Source: a virus (Duplodnaviria; Caudoviricetes). Taken from it: a stretch of DNA of 64,000 bases. The stretch covers positions 32,001-96,000 of the IMG/VR virus record IMGVR_UViG_3300035520_001075; one strand, written 5' to 3'. Shown here piece by piece: positions 24,907 through 36,044 of this stretch (its first letter is position 1; each line of letters begins with the position of its first letter). The position numbers and the translations under genes were made by a program. Below the pieces are notes generated by a model, which was given only the letters and a program-made list of their open reading frames with translations, had not been told where the DNA came from and did no database searches.

Positions 24907-25231
24907 GTTAGAAGAACGAGTTTCTAAAGAACTTGAAAACATTGCAGAAAGAGGTTTAACTTCTACAAATCTTGATACCACTTTTAAGCTAATTGATATT
25001 TATAAAGATATTAAAGAGGCCTGTTATTATGAGTTAAAGGCGAAGAAAATGGAGAATTGGGTAGAAAGTGAGGAAAAAGAGGAGCATTTCTTAACAGAAA
25101 CTCATGATGAATATATTAATAAAATAATGGATTATATTGATAAGTTAATTTATGAGCTTTATAATTATACTGGAACTAAGGAGGAGAAAAATATAATTAA
25201 AAGACACATCGAGAAACTTAAATCAATGTAA
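24890..25231 (+). CDS. Hypothetical helical protein, gene 5 of the module
   Basis: Overlaps the previous stop. RBS AAGGAG. Confidence 0.7.
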   Translation: MKKMHKLEERVSKELENIAERGLTSTNLDTTFKLIDIYKDIKEACYYELKAKKMENWVESEEKEEHFLTETHDEYINKIMDYIDKLIYELYNYTGTKEEKNIIKRHIEKLKSM

Positions 25232-25235
25232 AAGA

Positions 25236-25270
25236 AAAGAGAGTAGAAAATTAATTCTACTCTCTTTTTT
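25236..25270. terminator. Bidirectional terminator where the two gene blocks converge
   Basis: AAAAGAGAGTAGAA-AATTAA-TTCTACTCTCTTTTT, flanked by A and T tracts. Confidence 0.8.
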
Positions 25271-25994
25271 AGAACTCAATTATTTGTTGTGAAGAATTCT
25301 CATAAACTGCCCATCTTCCTATTAGTATTGCATCTGCAGTATCATTATCAACGCTAATATCATAATACTTTTTAACTTTAAGTTGTGCATTTACTTTCTT
25401 ATCGTTTCTTGTTTTACCTTTAATTTCATTATAAGCCCTCCAAGTCGCTGAAGAAACTACTTTATAAGGCATTCCAATTTCATAAAGATAATTTTTAAGA
25501 ACTCCTTGTAAATGAGCAAGTTTTTTAAAAGTAATAACTCCTTCTGAATTCTCTCCAAATTTTTGAAGTTGAATATCTTCAAGTATAACTAAATCAGGGC
25601 CATATTTTTCTATTTGAGAAATAAACCAGTATTTAGTCTAAGCAATTCTTTCTGTACTGCGGCTTCCGTTAGAACTCCATTTACCATGCCCAATTAAATT
25701 TCCGTCTTCAAACAAAGACCAGCCGCTTGTAATAGAAGCTTGGTCAAAAGCAAGAATTCTAAAGCCATTTTTCTTAGAGGGAGTATGAACTCCTTGAAAG
25801 TATGGATTGGTTTTACAAGTTGGACACTGATAATTTTTTCTACGAAATTTTTCTAAAGAACAGAAACAAATATGACCTTCTGGGCATTTTATTTCCAAAT
25901 CTGATTTTAAGTTAGAATATTCGGTTGACAGTAATTGCCAACCGTTTTTTTCTACCTCTTCTCTTATCTCTTTTATATCAATTTTCTTTCCCAA
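25269..25994 (-). CDS. ruvC: RuvC-like Holliday junction resolvase with an N-terminal Zn-binding domain (one TAG)
   Basis: ORFs 25638..25994 and 25269..25472 are in frame across TAG 25640-25638. Motifs ILAFDQASITSGW, PDLVILEDIQ and DNDTADAILIG. N-terminal CPEGH and CPTC. Confidence 0.82.
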
Positions 25995-25996
25995 GA

Positions 25997-26788
25997 TTAT
26001 TCTCCGCTACTTCCAAAGCCGCCTTCTCCTCTATCAGTATCATCAAGTTCTTCAACTTCTTCCCAAGTAATCATTGGAGATTTAGCGAGAATTAACTGGG
26101 CAATTCTGTCTCCTTTATTAATTATCTGAGAAAGATTTCCAGTATTTTCCATTATAATTCCAACCTCTCCACGGTATGCACTATCAATTGTTCCCGTAGA
26201 ATTGGCAATTCTAAGAGAAGTTTTAAGTGAAAGTCCTGAACGAGGACGTACCTGAATTTCATAGCCTACTGGAATGGCAATCTTAATTCCTGTTTTAATA
26301 ACCTGCGTTGTATGAGGTTTAAGAGTTGTTGTTTCCAAAGCAAATACGTCAGCACCAGCATCACTGTCATGAGCGTACTTAGGAATTATAGCATCTTCAC
26401 TAAGCTTCTGAATTTTTATTTTAACTTTTTCTCTTGGATTTTTATAAAGGTCATAGATTGAAAGAACTGTATTTTCAATTATAAGGCTGAGAAATTCTTT
26501 TTTATTATCAGAAATACTATCATCTTTTTTAATTTCTTCCAAGAAGTCCTTAATTCCTTTTGACTCTTCTTCAAAATTCTTAATTGGATTTGTTTCAAGA
26601 GTTTTAAGTATTTCGTCCTGAAAAGCTTTTGAGCTAAACACATCAAGTATCTTTTCTTTAAAAGAAGGATACATTGCATCAAACTGTTCATCAGGTAGTT
26701 CCAGAATCTGAGTAAACTGTTCCGCTGTATCTGCATTACTATTCTTTTCTAAAATTTCACTAATCTGTTCTTTAATTTCTTTATTCAT
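25997..26788 (-). CDS. dut: Trimeric dUTPase with a roughly 120-aa N-terminal helical extension
   Basis: Motifs AGADV, RPRSGLS, GTIDSAYRGE, RIAQL and RGEGGFGSSG. Probable start ATG 26788. Confidence 0.9.
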   Translation of the reverse strand: MNKEIKEQISEILEKNSNADTAEQFTQILELPDEQFDAMYPSFKEKILDVFSSKAFQDEILKTLETNPIKNFEEESKGIKDFLEEIKKDDSISDNKKEFLSLIIENTVLSIYDLYKNPREKVKIKIQKLSEDAIIPKYAHDSDAGADVFALETTTLKPHTTQVIKTGIKIAIPVGYEIQVRPRSGLSLKTSLRIANSTGTIDSAYRGEVGIIMENTGNLSQIINKGDRIAQLILAKSPMITWEEVEELDDTDRGEGGFGSSGE

Positions 26789-27560
26789 TATTATCTTCAC
26801 TCCTATTTTCTTCAATTATTATTTCTTCATTTTCTTCTTCAAACAAATCATCAATTGTATTAATAACTTTATCAATGACTCCAAAATTTAAAGCTTCTGT
26901 GCAATTAAGACACCAGTCGTCTTTAAAATGCTTATCATATTCTTCTGCACTAATCTTTGTATGATTTATCGTCACGCTTTTTAAACTATCAAGTTGTGCT
27001 CTATAAAAATCAACTCTTTGGAGAAATTTATGAGCATCACCCATATCTCCTGAAGAACCCTCATGGAAGAGGAAAGTACTATAAGGAAAAGCAAATCTCT
27101 TAGTTCCGCAAATTCCAATAAAGAAGCCGCCACTATAACTTGTTCCAGTTGTTATTGTATAAATTGGCGTTGTCGACGTTTCCATTGCTCCTATTATACT
27201 GAATACTGCTTCAAGTTCTCCGCCTGGCGAGTTAATAAACATTTTAATTGGCACTCTTGCTTCTTTTGGAATATTGTTAATATTATCAATTCTATTCCAA
27301 AAATAAATTAATTCTGTTATCTGATTTGCCATTAGAGAAGTAATTTCTTCTGATACATAAAGATGTCTTTCATAGAAATCAAATGTTCCTATCGTAGCTT
27401 CTACATCTACTTGTTTATCAGGATTTGTTAGTTCATCAAGAATATCTTCGCCGCAACTCATACAAGCTTTATCATAGAAATTCTCAACTGTTTGTAGAAA
27501 TTCTTCTTTTGTTTTCATCGTTCCATCATCATTATAAATTGTAATTAGTTCTTCATTCAT
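26781..27560 (-). CDS. clpP: ClpP-like protease
   Basis: PIKMFINSPGG, catalytic Ser in SYSGG, His in FLFHE, C-terminal EALNFGVID. Confidence 0.85.
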   Translation of the reverse strand: MNEELITIYNDDGTMKTKEEFLQTVENFYDKACMSCGEDILDELTNPDKQVDVEATIGTFDFYERHLYVSEEITSLMANQITELIYFWNRIDNINNIPKEARVPIKMFINSPGGELEAVFSIIGAMETSTTPIYTITTGTSYSGGFFIGICGTKRFAFPYSTFLFHEGSSGDMGDAHKFLQRVDFYRAQLDSLKSVTINHTKISAEEYDKHFKDDWCLNCTEALNFGVIDKVINTIDDLFEEENEEIIIEENRSEDNNE

Positions 27561-27738
27561 TCATTAAATCCTCCAAATGTGATTTTTCTTTTTCTAAGAA
27601 TACTATTTCGTCAATGAGTTCGCTTAATCTTGGATTTAAAACAAAAATATCAAGCTTAATTTTTTCAAGTTCATTTTTTCTTTCTTTAAGGTCAAAGCAA
27701 GTTTTATCATAAACTGATTTAATATCTTCACTACCCAT
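27553..27738 (-). CDS. Small coiled-coil hypothetical protein
   Basis: RBS AAGGAGG precedes ATG 27738, just downstream of a promoter. Confidence 0.65.
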   Translation of the reverse strand: MGSEDIKSVYDKTCFDLKERKNELEKIKLDIFVLNPRLSELIDEIVFLEKEKSHLEDLMNE

Positions 27739-27773
27739 TTTATTTCCCTCCTTTTTTCTCATTTACTATAATA

Positions 27774-27802
27774 ATTATAACACAATTTGTATTAAAAGTC
27801 AA
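27774..27802 (-). promoter_or_regulatory. SigmaA-type early promoter
   Basis: TTGACT-17-TATAAT, followed by TATTATAGTAAATGAGA. Confidence 0.8.
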
Positions 27803-28730
27803 TACTTTTACTTTCAAAAGTTAATGGATTTTGCTTTAATAATAGTCTAATTTCACTATCGCTTTTATTCATTAGAGAAATAGCCTTGCTATCTTCTTTA
27901 TAGAAATTATAGTAAGATAACTGCGAATCTGAGTAATACCATTTAAAAATTTTATTAGATAGTTCATCTTGGACTTTGTAATCTTTAGATAATTTAAGTT
28001 GTTGGCGGCCGCCTATTTTTTTGAGATAAATTATTGTTTTTAAATCTTTTATAGGATGGCCGCCTTTGTAGAGAATTTTAATCGGTTTATCAATATTATT
28101 GATAATGAATGAACTATCATAATCAAAATCAGCTATTAATTCTCTATTCTTAAATGATTTAGAATAATAAGCAAAATCCTCGCATAGTTGTTGGTCTGAG
28201 AAAATTAAAGGATACAAGAAAATGAATTTGTGATTTTCATGATAATCTCTTAAAAAGTCTAATGCATTTGATTGTTCTATAAAATTATAGTCTGCAATAT
28301 AAATATCTTTTCTCTCTGGTTTAAAACCGCTAAAATCATTTGTTCCAACTCTTATATAAGAATTTTTCTGCATTTTATCTAAAAGTTTTTTATCTGCTAA
28401 TCTTTCCGTAAATGCTACATAAGGGAGATATGAAGGAGGGATTGCCGCAATTTCAGGAATTAAATTTGGATTTTTATGATAGAAGTTATACCCTAAGCAA
28501 TCGACTTTTTTATCACCTAAATCAATTTTAATTTTCTTATTAATTAAAGTATTTGGTTTCTCTTTGAAGACAAATACTTTATTAAAACGTTCAATACTAT
28601 CTTGCGGCCGAAGCATAGCCACGACATGATTATTCTAATAACAATAATTATAAATCTTCATTAATTCTAAATTGGGGTAGTTCTTTCCGCCACCCCATAG
28701 GTCTAAATCTAAAAAACCGTATGAACTCAT
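27792..28730 (-). CDS. Hypothetical protein (one TAG)
   Basis: RBS AGGAGGGAG precedes ATG 28730, in frame with track ORF 28622 across TAG 28637-28635. The N-terminus MSSYGFLDLDLWGGGKNYPNLELMKIYNY recalls PNL.LMK phage proteins. Confidence 0.65.
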
Positions 28731-28744
28731 TTACTCCCTCCTTT

Positions 28745-31700
28745 TTATTCATCAATTTCTATTCTTTCTATTGCACTTGACTTAATATAGCCATTTTCGT
28801 CAATCTCTTCTATTTTTTCAAAGAGCGGCCATTCTGTATTTTTATATTTCTTTGGAACAAAAGTGTCTCCACGTCTTATTCCTGTTATAATTAATTTTGT
28901 ACCTTTTGTAAACCAAGACTTTTCAATAACGTGTTTTACTCCGTTATTATCTCTTTGAGAAATTTGTTTATCCCAAACAGCGTATTGATTCTTCCAAATT
29001 TTTACTGTGATAACTGAACCGTCTACTGTAAGAAGAATAATTTGACTTTTATTTTTATCTTTGTCAATTACCGTTCCTGCTATTCTATTTAATTGGAAAA
29101 TATTAATTTCAGTTCCTTCTTTTGTTTCAAATGAACGTTCAATTTCTGGCTCTGGATTTAAACAGCTAAAATTTGAGATTCCATAGGCATTATATTTAAT
29201 TTTTGCTAATTCATGTGGGTGATAGTAAAAGCTAAGGCTTTCCATTTCCCACTGGGATATTGAGCCGCCTGCATACTTTTGATAGGTTTCGTCCAATAAT
29301 GAAGAATTGAGTTTGTTGAGAATTTCTTCTTGATTATCCTTAAACCATTCTCTTATTTTATCCATTCCTTTTTTATAGATATTATCCCAAATATTTTGCT
29401 TAATTGATGCACTTTGATTATTGCCAACATTAACATCTTCTAATAAACTATCATCATAATTTTCATTAAAGAAATTTAAAGCAATCTCATCTAGAATATA
29501 ATATTGACCTTTCTTAAAAGATTTTAAGTACTTATTAAAATTAAATAATCTTTTTTCATAATCAAACTCTTGCGGTAAAAGATTTTTATCAATTAACATC
29601 TGCATATTTTGTAAGGTAATTCTTTTCTTTTTATCACTAACAGTATCTAAATATTTCTCCATTATTTTAACTCTATTGCCATTATAGAGATTATCAAAAG
29701 CTCCCGACTTAATTAAACTAATCATTTGGATTTTATTAATTTTTACTTTGGATAGAAAGTCTTCTAAAGAAGTGTAAGGTCTGTTATCAAAAATTTCATA
29801 AACTAATTGAGTCCCAATTCTTGTGATACCTTTCATTCCATAAATTATCGCATTATCTTTTATTGAAGGAATGAATATTAAATCTGATTTATTTATATCT
29901 GGTGGGAGAACTTTAATTCCTTTTGAGATTGATTCACCTATTGCTGCGGCGATTTTGCCATAATTAACAGTTTTATTCCTTTTCTTTTCATCATTATCTT
30001 CATCATTAAAATCAGATTCTAATAAATCTGAACCACCTGCGTTGACTATTAAACAAGCACAATTCCAATAAATTTCAGGAAAATTTGTTGCTAAGTATAA
30101 GGTTTGAATGCCTACAAACGAATAAGCCAAACCATGCGTATGAAATATAAAATTTCATTACTGACTATTTTTTAAACGTTTTACAATGATGACTAATTCA
30201 TTAACGTTTACACTATTTCCAGTTATGTATCAATAATAACTGTACTTCTCATCTCACTGAGAATAGTCGATACAATATTTTTAAGACAGAGTACCTAAGA
30301 TTTTTTGATTTTTTTCTTTATTTTTGTTTAGAGGATAATATAAATTTTTATCAACCCTACTTTTACCACTATTAATTTTTTTTATAGTTGAATAACAAAT
30401 ATTATATTTTTTAGAAATCTCTAATAAAGTCATATTTGAAAAAATAATATCATATTTACATTTTTTTGACCAACTATCTTTACTCCTATCATATAAGGGA
30501 TAATTATTATTTGGGTTAAACCATTTATCTCCTTTATTAATCTGAGATAAATAACTTCGTGAGATATGATATTCTTTTGCTATTTCAGTTAAAGAACGAG
30601 AAGTCTTTAGTTCTTCAATTATTTTTTCTTTTAATTCTTTACTATATTTTCTACTTTTTGAACCTTTTAATAAAGGATAATTTAAGTCTTCTCTTTTAAA
30701 ATTCCAACCAGTATTGATATTTTGAAGAAAACTATCTTTTAAAAAGGGATATTTTTTCTGAATTTCAAAATATTGATATTTTTCACATAACATTCTCTGA
30801 ATGTCTCTAACTTGTTCTTCATTTAAAATTTTTGACGCTTTACAACATTCTTCAAAAGTTTTCTTTGGCTTCGCGCAACCATCACCACCAACTGTAAGAT
30901 TATATCCATTTTGTGTGGTTAATGTCTTAAAATAATCTATAAAGAATATTTCTCTTTCATTTAAATAATCTCTACCCATTTCATCAGGAATTTCTTCTAT
31001 AATTTCAAATTTAAAATTTTCCCATCCATATTTTCTAATTGCATTATGAAAAGGGAGTTTATAACTATGACTTTTAGTATTATAACTATCTGATTTATGG
31101 CCTCTTTTTCTTTTTTCAATATTGTTAGTTTGGCCTATATATGATTTGGAATTTATTTTATTAGTAAATTTATATATATAAAGCATAATTTCACCTCCTT
31201 TTCTTAGTTAAATTTAGTCTGTCTTAAATTTATCACGAGATTTTACCCTCGTTAGCCATATAATTTATCTTTAGTCCTCAGATAAAATATTTTATATAAC
31301 CTCATTGATAAAATGATTAAGTGTATTAACCCCATTACAAGGTTTTGCAAACGCGTATGACATTTGAGGCATCATAACTGTTTCCCAAACATATTCTCCC
31401 ATCGCTACAGTCGGGCATTGAGAAATAAATTTTTTTCTTAATTCTGGAACTTTTTTTACTTGTTTTTTGGAGACAATTTTTCTGGCTACATTTGATTCGG
31501 CTAAAGTAAAATGTGCTACATTTTTATCCATACAAATTAACATCAAATCCTCTTGGCTAGCTGGTACACCAAAATTAGGAAGATAATATGGTTCTAATAT
31601 CTTTATTTCTTCTTCTGTTAATCCAGCATCTCTTACTTCTTGATACCATAAATCCATATTGTTTTTTAATCTACAATATCTGTCGAGAGGACGTTCTTTT

Positions 31701-33868
31701 CCTTTTTCACCCATTAATCTCATCAAGCAATTTGCAGAAGTTAATTGAGTTGGATTAATTGGTTTAATTTTTTTTGCAGTATCTAAGCCAACTCCTGTTG
31801 AAAATTGAAATACATCTAAAACAGAGCCTGCGGCCAAAGCGTTCCAAAGTTTTTCGTCTTTTGTGTTTAAAACTGCTGGGTGAAGATATTTATTGTAAAT
31901 TTGTCTTAATGTTAACTCTTTTTCAAAATAATTATCTTTTTGTAAAAGCTCAATACAAGTTGTAATTTTATTACAAACTTCCGTCACCAAAAAGTCAAAC
32001 TTGGTATCACCCATTTTATCTGAATCATGGAGTTCAAATTGAGTAGTTAAATCTCCGTTTGGACTTCTCATTAAGGCATTAGTATCAAATGGAGAATTAT
32101 TATACATCATTACTCCTGATGCGTGTTGACCTCGGCGGCAGACTAATCCTTCAATTGATTCTATTATTTCTAAAAGACCAGGATATTTATCAAGTTCGTT
32201 GACTAAAGCTTGAATTGGCTTCCAATCTTTTTCTTCATTTCCATAAACTGAATCATGAACTGAACGTAAAAAACCTCTTTCAACAGGAATTAAACTACTT
32301 AAATATTGAGTTGTTTCAACTTCCAATCCATTTGGAAATTCTTTACTTCGATAACCTCTCCCTGCCGCCGCAATTGCACTACGTGTGCCTTCTGTTCCAA
32401 ATGTAGCAACTTGAACTACATTTAATTCTCCTCGCTCTTTTCTAATTTCTTCAAAGATTTTTTTGCGTTTTGTTGGCGTTAAATCTATGTCGATATCAGG
32501 CAATTCCACTCTTTCTTTATTTAAAAATCTAAAGTAAGGTAGCTCCCATTCAATAGGGTCTAATTGAGTAATACCTAACAAATAATTTGAAAGATAGCAA
32601 ACAGAGCTTCCTCTTCCTGGTCCAACGATTGAGCCACAATCCCAGAATAAATCTATATAATGTTGAAAAGTATTGAAATACTCAAAAAGACAATTACCTA
32701 ATTTTTCGCCAACTGTTTTTATTACATCAGCTTCAATTTCAATTCTTTCTATATAATTATCTTTTACTAAATTTTTATTATATAAACCTTCTAAACATTG
32801 ATTAATCCAATATCTTTCTTGATTATTTCCTTTTAATAAAGAAGTTATTATTGGATATTTTGACAAATTTATATCTTGATATTGGATTTGAATTGGATAT
32901 TCTTTAACCCTAACTTGTGGAATAATTGGATTATGATATAAATTATAACTCTCAATTTTGCCGTAAATTTCCATTGTATTACTACATATCTGTTTGAATT
33001 CATTTTCAGAATAGAAGTCTTTTAAGTTTTCATATGCTTCATTATTATCCATCATATGAGCGTCCCAATAAAATTCATCAACCTCTCTTTCACCCTCTTT
33101 TGAATTAAGATAAGCTTTATGAATTGGGCGTTCTTTTGCTGTTAAATAATGAGCATCAGACCCTATTATTATTTTTAAATTATATGCTTTTGCAATTGAT
33201 TTAATTCTTTGATTAAAAAGCCTTTGGTCTTTTGAACTTCCTGCAGCAATTTCAAGATAGAAATCATCATGAAATAAATTAATGTTCCATTTAATAAAAT
33301 CATCAATTTTTAATTTAATTGAGTAAATTTCATCTTCATTATTCTCTTTTTCTTCCGCTTTGATTAATTGCAAAACTAAATTATCTAATTCTGACCCTAA
33401 GCACGCACTTGAAGCTACTAATGAATTTGGATATTTTTTAATAATTTCTTCTAATTCATTCTTTTGAGTAGGAACTCTTGTCATTCCCCTTGAATTATAA
33501 CTATAATACCATGCTTTAGAACTTAATTCCCTTAAAGCTCTATGTCCCTGATTATTTTTAGCTATTAAAATATAGTGCCAATATCTTTCAATATTATACC
33601 TATCGTCAACTAAATAAATTTCATTTCCTAAAGCAACTTTAAAATCTTCTGGAAGTTTATTCTCTTTTTTTAATTGTTCTTCTGTTTGAAGCATTTTAAG
33701 ATGGCCGCAAAGGCATTCATGGTCTGTAAGAGTCAAACCTTTCATACCCAGATTATATGCTGTAGTGAGCATATCTGGTAGTTTATTGATTGCATCAATT
33801 AGACGGATATTTGAATATTCACTATGACAATGATTATCAAAACGAGGAACTAAATTTAAATTACTCAT
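28745..33868 (-). CDS. dnaE: DNA polymerase III alpha subunit (spliced, about 1300 aa)
   Basis: PHP motifs HCHSEYS and LTDHE, plus GPGRGS, PDIDID and GQHASG. Exons 33868-31340 and 30136-28745 join as SYAFAKP|HGLAYS. Confidence 0.92.
30137..31339 (-). mobile_element. Group I intron in dnaE carrying a GIY-YIG gene
   Basis: P1: exon AACCT pairs with GGGTT. P10 ATG pairs with exon CAT. R GTATCGACTA and S AAAATAGTCAG. Terminal G at 30137. Confidence 0.85.
30281..31186 (-). CDS. GIY-YIG homing endonuclease (intron-encoded)
   Basis: YIYKFTNKINSKSYIGQT, LNEREIFFI and GYN motifs, with repeated C-terminal HTH-like units. RBS GGAGG. Confidence 0.88.
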   Translation of the reverse strand: MLYIYKFTNKINSKSYIGQTNNIEKRKRGHKSDSYNTKSHSYKLPFHNAIRKYGWENFKFEIIEEIPDEMGRDYLNEREIFFIDYFKTLTTQNGYNLTVGGDGCAKPKKTFEECCKASKILNEEQVRDIQRMLCEKYQYFEIQKKYPFLKDSFLQNINTGWNFKREDLNYPLLKGSKSRKYSKELKEKIIEELKTSRSLTEIAKEYHISRSYLSQINKGDKWFNPNNNYPLYDRSKDSWSKKCKYDIIFSNMTLLEISKKYNICYSTIKKINSGKSRVDKNLYYPLNKNKEKNQKILGTLS

Positions 33869-33899
33869 AATTTCCTCCTTTTCCTTATTTTCTATATTT

Positions 33900-33928
33900 A
33901 TTATATCATAATTTAAAAGAAAAGTCAA
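33900..33928 (-). promoter_or_regulatory. SigmaA-type promoter of dnaE
   Basis: TTGACT-17-TATAAT with TG. 27 bp are identical to the promoter at 35529-35555. Confidence 0.8.
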
Positions 33929-34911
33929 ATATTATTTAACTTATTATATGCCATTGTTAAAATTTGATAGGCTTCTATAAAGCCAATTCTTTTTCTATTG
34001 TTATCTCGATAATTTGTTAAGCAGATATTATAAGTTGATTTTCTAAAATCATTTAAAATTTGATTGGCTTCCTTAATTAATTCCTTTTGAAAATCTTCAG
34101 AAAGTTTTTCTTTATAAGCAATTGTAGCCAAATTTCTGTCAGTTTGTTTGCCTATGATAGTATTTGTACTATAATAAAAATTAATTTTTTCATTTCTTTT
34201 ATCAATACACATAACATTAATATTTGTTGCTTGGCTTTTATTGTTTTCTATTACTCTTGAAAATATAGGCTCTGTTTGATTTAATTCATAAAAAAAATCG
34301 CCGCCAATTCTATAATCGTATAATTCTTCTAATGACAGCATTGTTTCTTTAATTTCGTTATCTCCATAAAGAAAAGTTTTTATAAGATTAGAATTATTAT
34401 TTTCTCTTCTTTTAAAAACAAAACTACAGACATTGTAATTAGTTTTTTCAAACATTGAATCGAAATAAATATTAAGTCTTTGTACTGAAAAATTTTTAAA
34501 GAAAAGTTTTCTGATATTTTTAGATTTTTCGTCTGCAAAAAAATTGATTGGAATTATTAAGATGCCGCCACAGCATTCTAACATTGTATTGATTGCTATT
34601 TTATATAAATCATCAAAATTATTATTAATAAAATATTTTTTATCTTTAGCTTTGTTTTTGGCTAAATAAGGTGGGTTCGTTATAACCCATTTATTTCTAT
34701 AATCTGGCGGATTTAATAAGGTATCTCTATAATGCTCTGATTCCTTACTAAAAGAAATATCGTAGTATTCTTTGATTTTTATATCCCTTACCATATCGCC
34801 CCTTCCATAAAAAGGTTCGATAATATAGGCATCATTAGGAATAAAATCTAATAAGCCATCTAATAATAGACTATTTATCGAGTAATGTTTTGTTTTTTCT
34901 ATATCAGTCAA
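33925..34911 (-). CDS. Amino (N6-A/N4-C) DNA methyltransferase
   Basis: Motif I IIEPFYGRGD followed by motif IV VITNPPY, and DDLYK. Confidence 0.75.
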   Translation of the reverse strand: MTDIEKTKHYSINSLLLDGLLDFIPNDAYIIEPFYGRGDMVRDIKIKEYYDISFSKESEHYRDTLLNPPDYRNKWVITNPPYLAKNKAKDKKYFINNNFDDLYKIAINTMLECCGGILIIPINFFADEKSKNIRKLFFKNFSVQRLNIYFDSMFEKTNYNVCSFVFKRRENNNSNLIKTFLYGDNEIKETMLSLEELYDYRIGGDFFYELNQTEPIFSRVIENNKSQATNINVMCIDKRNEKINFYYSTNTIIGKQTDRNLATIAYKEKLSEDFQKELIKEANQILNDFRKSTYNICLTNYRDNNRKRIGFIEAYQILTMAYNKLNNI

Positions 34912-35494
34912 ATACTATTCCTCCTTGAAGAATTTCATCTACACTAAAAATCTTTACCTTACTGTTATTTTGAAAATATTGTTTTAATTCATCTCTTTTA
35001 CTATCCCAAAAATCTCCATCTAAAATTGCCGCAACATAATGCTTGATACTTCCTTTGATTAAAAAAGAAACAACATCATTATACTGATTATCCTGCGACC
35101 CACCACAATCTTTTGTATATTTTTGCGTAATATAAGTGTTATTAATTTTAAAATCTGCTGATTTTGTTGTATTGATTTCTTTTTTATTAGTTATTTCTCC
35201 ATTATCATTAAATCTAATGGCGTTTTTACCGCTTTGAGGCAATGTTTTTGTATTTAATAAATCCGCTACTATTTTTTCAATATAATTTTGCTTTAGTGGG
35301 TTCTTTATAAAATATGATGCAACATAATCATTACACATAATTTGATTATTTAAATCGTCAATATTAAATCCATAAAGTTGACAATAATTTTTAACTTTAA
35401 GTTGGTATTCATCTGAAAATAGATTTTTTCTTAATTCTAAAAAATTATTTTTTATTAATTCTTTTCTCTTCTTTTCTATAATTTCTTTTAACAT
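34904..35494 (-). CDS. Putative restriction endonuclease partner of the methyltransferase
   Basis: Overlaps the methyltransferase start. Contains a PD-(D/E)xK-like stretch KSADF....YITQKYTKDCGGSQDNQ. Function is inferred from context. Confidence 0.5.
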   Translation of the reverse strand: MLKEIIEKKRKELIKNNFLELRKNLFSDEYQLKVKNYCQLYGFNIDDLNNQIMCNDYVASYFIKNPLKQNYIEKIVADLLNTKTLPQSGKNAIRFNDNGEITNKKEINTTKSADFKINNTYITQKYTKDCGGSQDNQYNDVVSFLIKGSIKHYVAAILDGDFWDSKRDELKQYFQNNSKVKIFSVDEILQGGIVFD

Positions 35495-35526
35495 TTTAAA
35501 ATTTTCCTTTCTTATCTATTATTAAT

Positions 35527-35570
35527 ACTATATCATAATTTAAAAGAAAAGTCAAGACAAAATCTTGACT
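35527..35570 (-). promoter_or_regulatory. Terminator hairpin fused to a promoter (TTGACT-17-TATAGT)
   Basis: On the - strand AGTCAAGA-TTTTG-TCTTGACT-TTT. The 3' arm of the stem is the -35 box. Confidence 0.7.
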
Positions 35571-35578
35571 ATTCTCTT

Positions 35579-35734
35579 TTATTCTAAAATCTCATCAATT
35601 TTACGAATCAATTCTTTTGCATCTTGTGATAATTCTTTTCTTTTCTCAAACTGATTTAATAGCTTATCAATTTGATTAATTTTCTTTGCATATCTTTTTG
35701 CTCTTGCTAATATTCTCTTATCAAATAACCTCAT
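35579..35734 (-). CDS. Small basic hypothetical protein (51 aa), below the track cutoff
   Basis: ATG 35734 follows the previous stop. Reads MRLFDKRILARAKRYAKKINQIDKLL...EILE then TAA. Confidence 0.55.
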   Translation of the reverse strand: MRLFDKRILARAKRYAKKINQIDKLLNQFEKRKELSQDAKELIRKIDEILE

Positions 35735-35738
35735 AATA

Positions 35739-35927
35739 TTACCATACCTTAACTAACTTAACAATATAATATAAGTCGTCTTTCTTTTCTTTTCTTGTTG
35801 AAGAATATGAAGTTAATTCATATCCTTCATTGTCTGGGTCTTCTTTTGCTTTCCTAATGAGGGCTTCTGCCTCTTCCTCAGAATTTGTTCTCCATTCTTC
35901 TGTTCTTTTTAAAATTATTTCTTCCAT
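35739..35927 (-). CDS. Small hypothetical protein
   Basis: RBS AAGGAG and an upstream promoter TTTACA-17-TATAAT (35993-35965). Confidence 0.7.
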   Translation of the reverse strand: MEEIILKRTEEWRTNSEEEAEALIRKAKEDPDNEGYELTSYSSTRKEKKDDLYYIVKLVKVW

Positions 35928-36044
35928 AATATTTTCTCTCCTTTTTTTCTTATTTACTATAATAATTATAGCATAATTTATTTAAAATGTAAAATCTTAT
36001 GATTAAGATAAAAAAATTACGTTCTATTTAGTATTTTGCATATT

